A stretch of 64,000 nt of DNA, taken from NCBI GenBank assembly GCA_018656555.1, contig JABHZQ010000025.1:21972-85971 (forward strand). Reading direction: 5' to 3'. This DNA is from an archaeon (GTDB taxonomy: Archaea > Nanobdellota > Nanobdellia > SCGC-AAA011-G17 > GW2011-AR17). A program made the translations under genes and the position numbers. Positions 63,163 through 64,000 of this stretch are shown here, one piece after another; the first letter of the stretch is position 1, and the number at the start of each line of letters is the position of its first letter. The notes beneath the pieces are model-generated. The model saw nothing but the letters and a program-made list of their open reading frames with translations, did not search any database and was not told the origin of the DNA.

Positions 63163-64000
63163 ATGAATATTGATGCATCTGAACAGATAGAGAAATTTCA
63201 GGATTTTATTGAGCAGAACTATGAAAAAGATCTACACGAGAGGTTAAACAAGGGTACTAATTTTATTGTGTTTGATTTTTTTAAGTTGGCTGAATATGAT
63301 CCCAAGATAGCAGATCAATTGTTAGAAGAGCCTGAAGAGACTATTAAGGCTGCAGAGTTAGCTTTAGAACAGTTTGAAGTTAAGAAAGGATTTAGAGTTA
63401 GGTTTCAGAGTTTACCAAAAAGTCAAGAGATTTTTATTAGAAATATTAGGAGTAAACATCTTAAGAGGTTTATTGCTGTTGAAGGAATTATTAGGCAATC
63501 ATCAGAGGTAAGGCCTCAAGTGGTTACTGCAAAGTTTGAGTGTCCTTCTTGTGGTAATACAATTACTATGCCTCAAGTGGATCAACAGTTTAGAGAGCCA
63601 ACAAGGTGTACTTGTGGAAGAAAAGGAAGGTTTAGGTTATTAGATAAAGATTTAGTTGATGTTCAAAGATTGGTTGTTGAGGAGAGTCCAGAGAATTTAT
63701 CTGGAGGGGCACAACCAAAGAGATTACAGATTTTTTTAAGAGAAGATTTAGTTGAACCTAGGATGGAGAAGAAAACAACACCAGGTACAAGAGTGTTGGT
63801 TAATGGTTTGGTTTTTGAGGTCCCTATTCAAACAAGAACTGGTGGAACTTCTACTAGATTTGATATTGCAATGCATGCTAATTTTATTGAACCACTTGAA
63901 GAAGATTTTTCAGATATTCAAGTTTCTGTTGAGGATGAACAAGAGATTAAGATATTAGCAAAAGATCCTAGAATTTATGAGAGGTTAATAGCGAGTGTTG
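63163..64000 (+). CDS. mcm: MCM replicative helicase, N-terminal part (3'-truncated; missing from the ORF track)
   Basis: My translation from ATG 63163: MNIDASEQIEKFQDF..IRNIRSKHLKRFIAVEGIIRQSSEVRPQV..FECPSCG..CTCG..DVQRLVVEESPE..AQPKRLQIFLREDLV; frame stays open to the window end. Confidence 0.95.
   Translation, partial: MNIDASEQIEKFQDFIEQNYEKDLHERLNKGTNFIVFDFFKLAEYDPKIADQLLEEPEETIKAAELALEQFEVKKGFRVRFQSLPKSQEIFIRNIRSKHLKRFIAVEGIIRQSSEVRPQVVTAKFECPSCGNTITMPQVDQQFREPTRCTCGRKGRFRLLDKDLVDVQRLVVEESPENLSGGAQPKRLQIFLREDLVEPRMEKKTTPGTRVLVNGLVFEVPIQTRTGGTSTRFDIAMHANFIEPLEEDFSDIQVSVEDEQEIKILAKDPRIYERLIASV

Noticed and set aside
1213-63958. The many 60-170-aa ORFs nested in or antisense to long genes (e.g. 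20404-20772, 21681-22193, 35541-35825, 43583-43939, 52284-52583, 53855-54229, 58676-59026, 63752-63958)
   Set aside because: They lie wholly within well-supported genes, have low-complexity compositions expected from skewed codon usage, and show no motifs or promoters.
1-64000. tRNA/rRNA genes, integrase, transposase or provirus
   Set aside because: No GC-rich cloverleaf-like segment, no recombinase or DDE/HUH motifs and no capsid or terminase-like ORFs were seen; intergenic gaps are too short.
1-64000. Alternative genetic code or stop-codon readthrough
   Set aside because: Conserved genes translate full-length with code 11 and end at expected positions; no split core genes.

Overview
AT-rich (roughly one-third GC by eye), densely packed chromosomal fragment of a DPANN archaeon, most likely Woesearchaeota/Pacearchaeota (inferred from gene content, not from a phylogeny). 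It carries many archaeal information-processing genes (PolD large subunit, PolB, FEN1, TopA, RadB, RFC-S/L, single-OB SSB, TBP, MCM at the right edge, Cdc48, SerRS, IleRS, MAP, Trm5, RlmE). These are interleaved with single accessory genes (two SemiSWEETs, PD-(D/E)XK nuclease, RlaP-like nucleotidyltransferase, cyclopropane-fatty-acid-synthase-like methyltransferase, 4Fe-4S protein, FHA proteins). About 20 kb encodes surface proteins, including a >2078-aa Cys-rich protein cut by the left edge and a 2460-aa LamG/beta-helix protein. I found no rRNA, tRNA, CRISPR array, integrase or transposase. Most genes have a TATA box 22-24 nt before the ATG, which suggests leaderless mRNAs. The best candidates for undescribed biology are: (1) an HTH regulator + giant adhesin + 4-TM partner locus in which the two large proteins share a membrane-proximal module; (2) an orphan promoter/hairpin unit that could make a ~45-nt RNA showing an anti-Shine-Dalgarno loop; (3) accessory genes flanked by duplicated promoter sequence; (4) a CFA/mycolic-type methyltransferase in an archaeon; (5) an IleRS with the non-canonical GVHH motif. 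All assignments come from reading motifs by eye; no searches were run.
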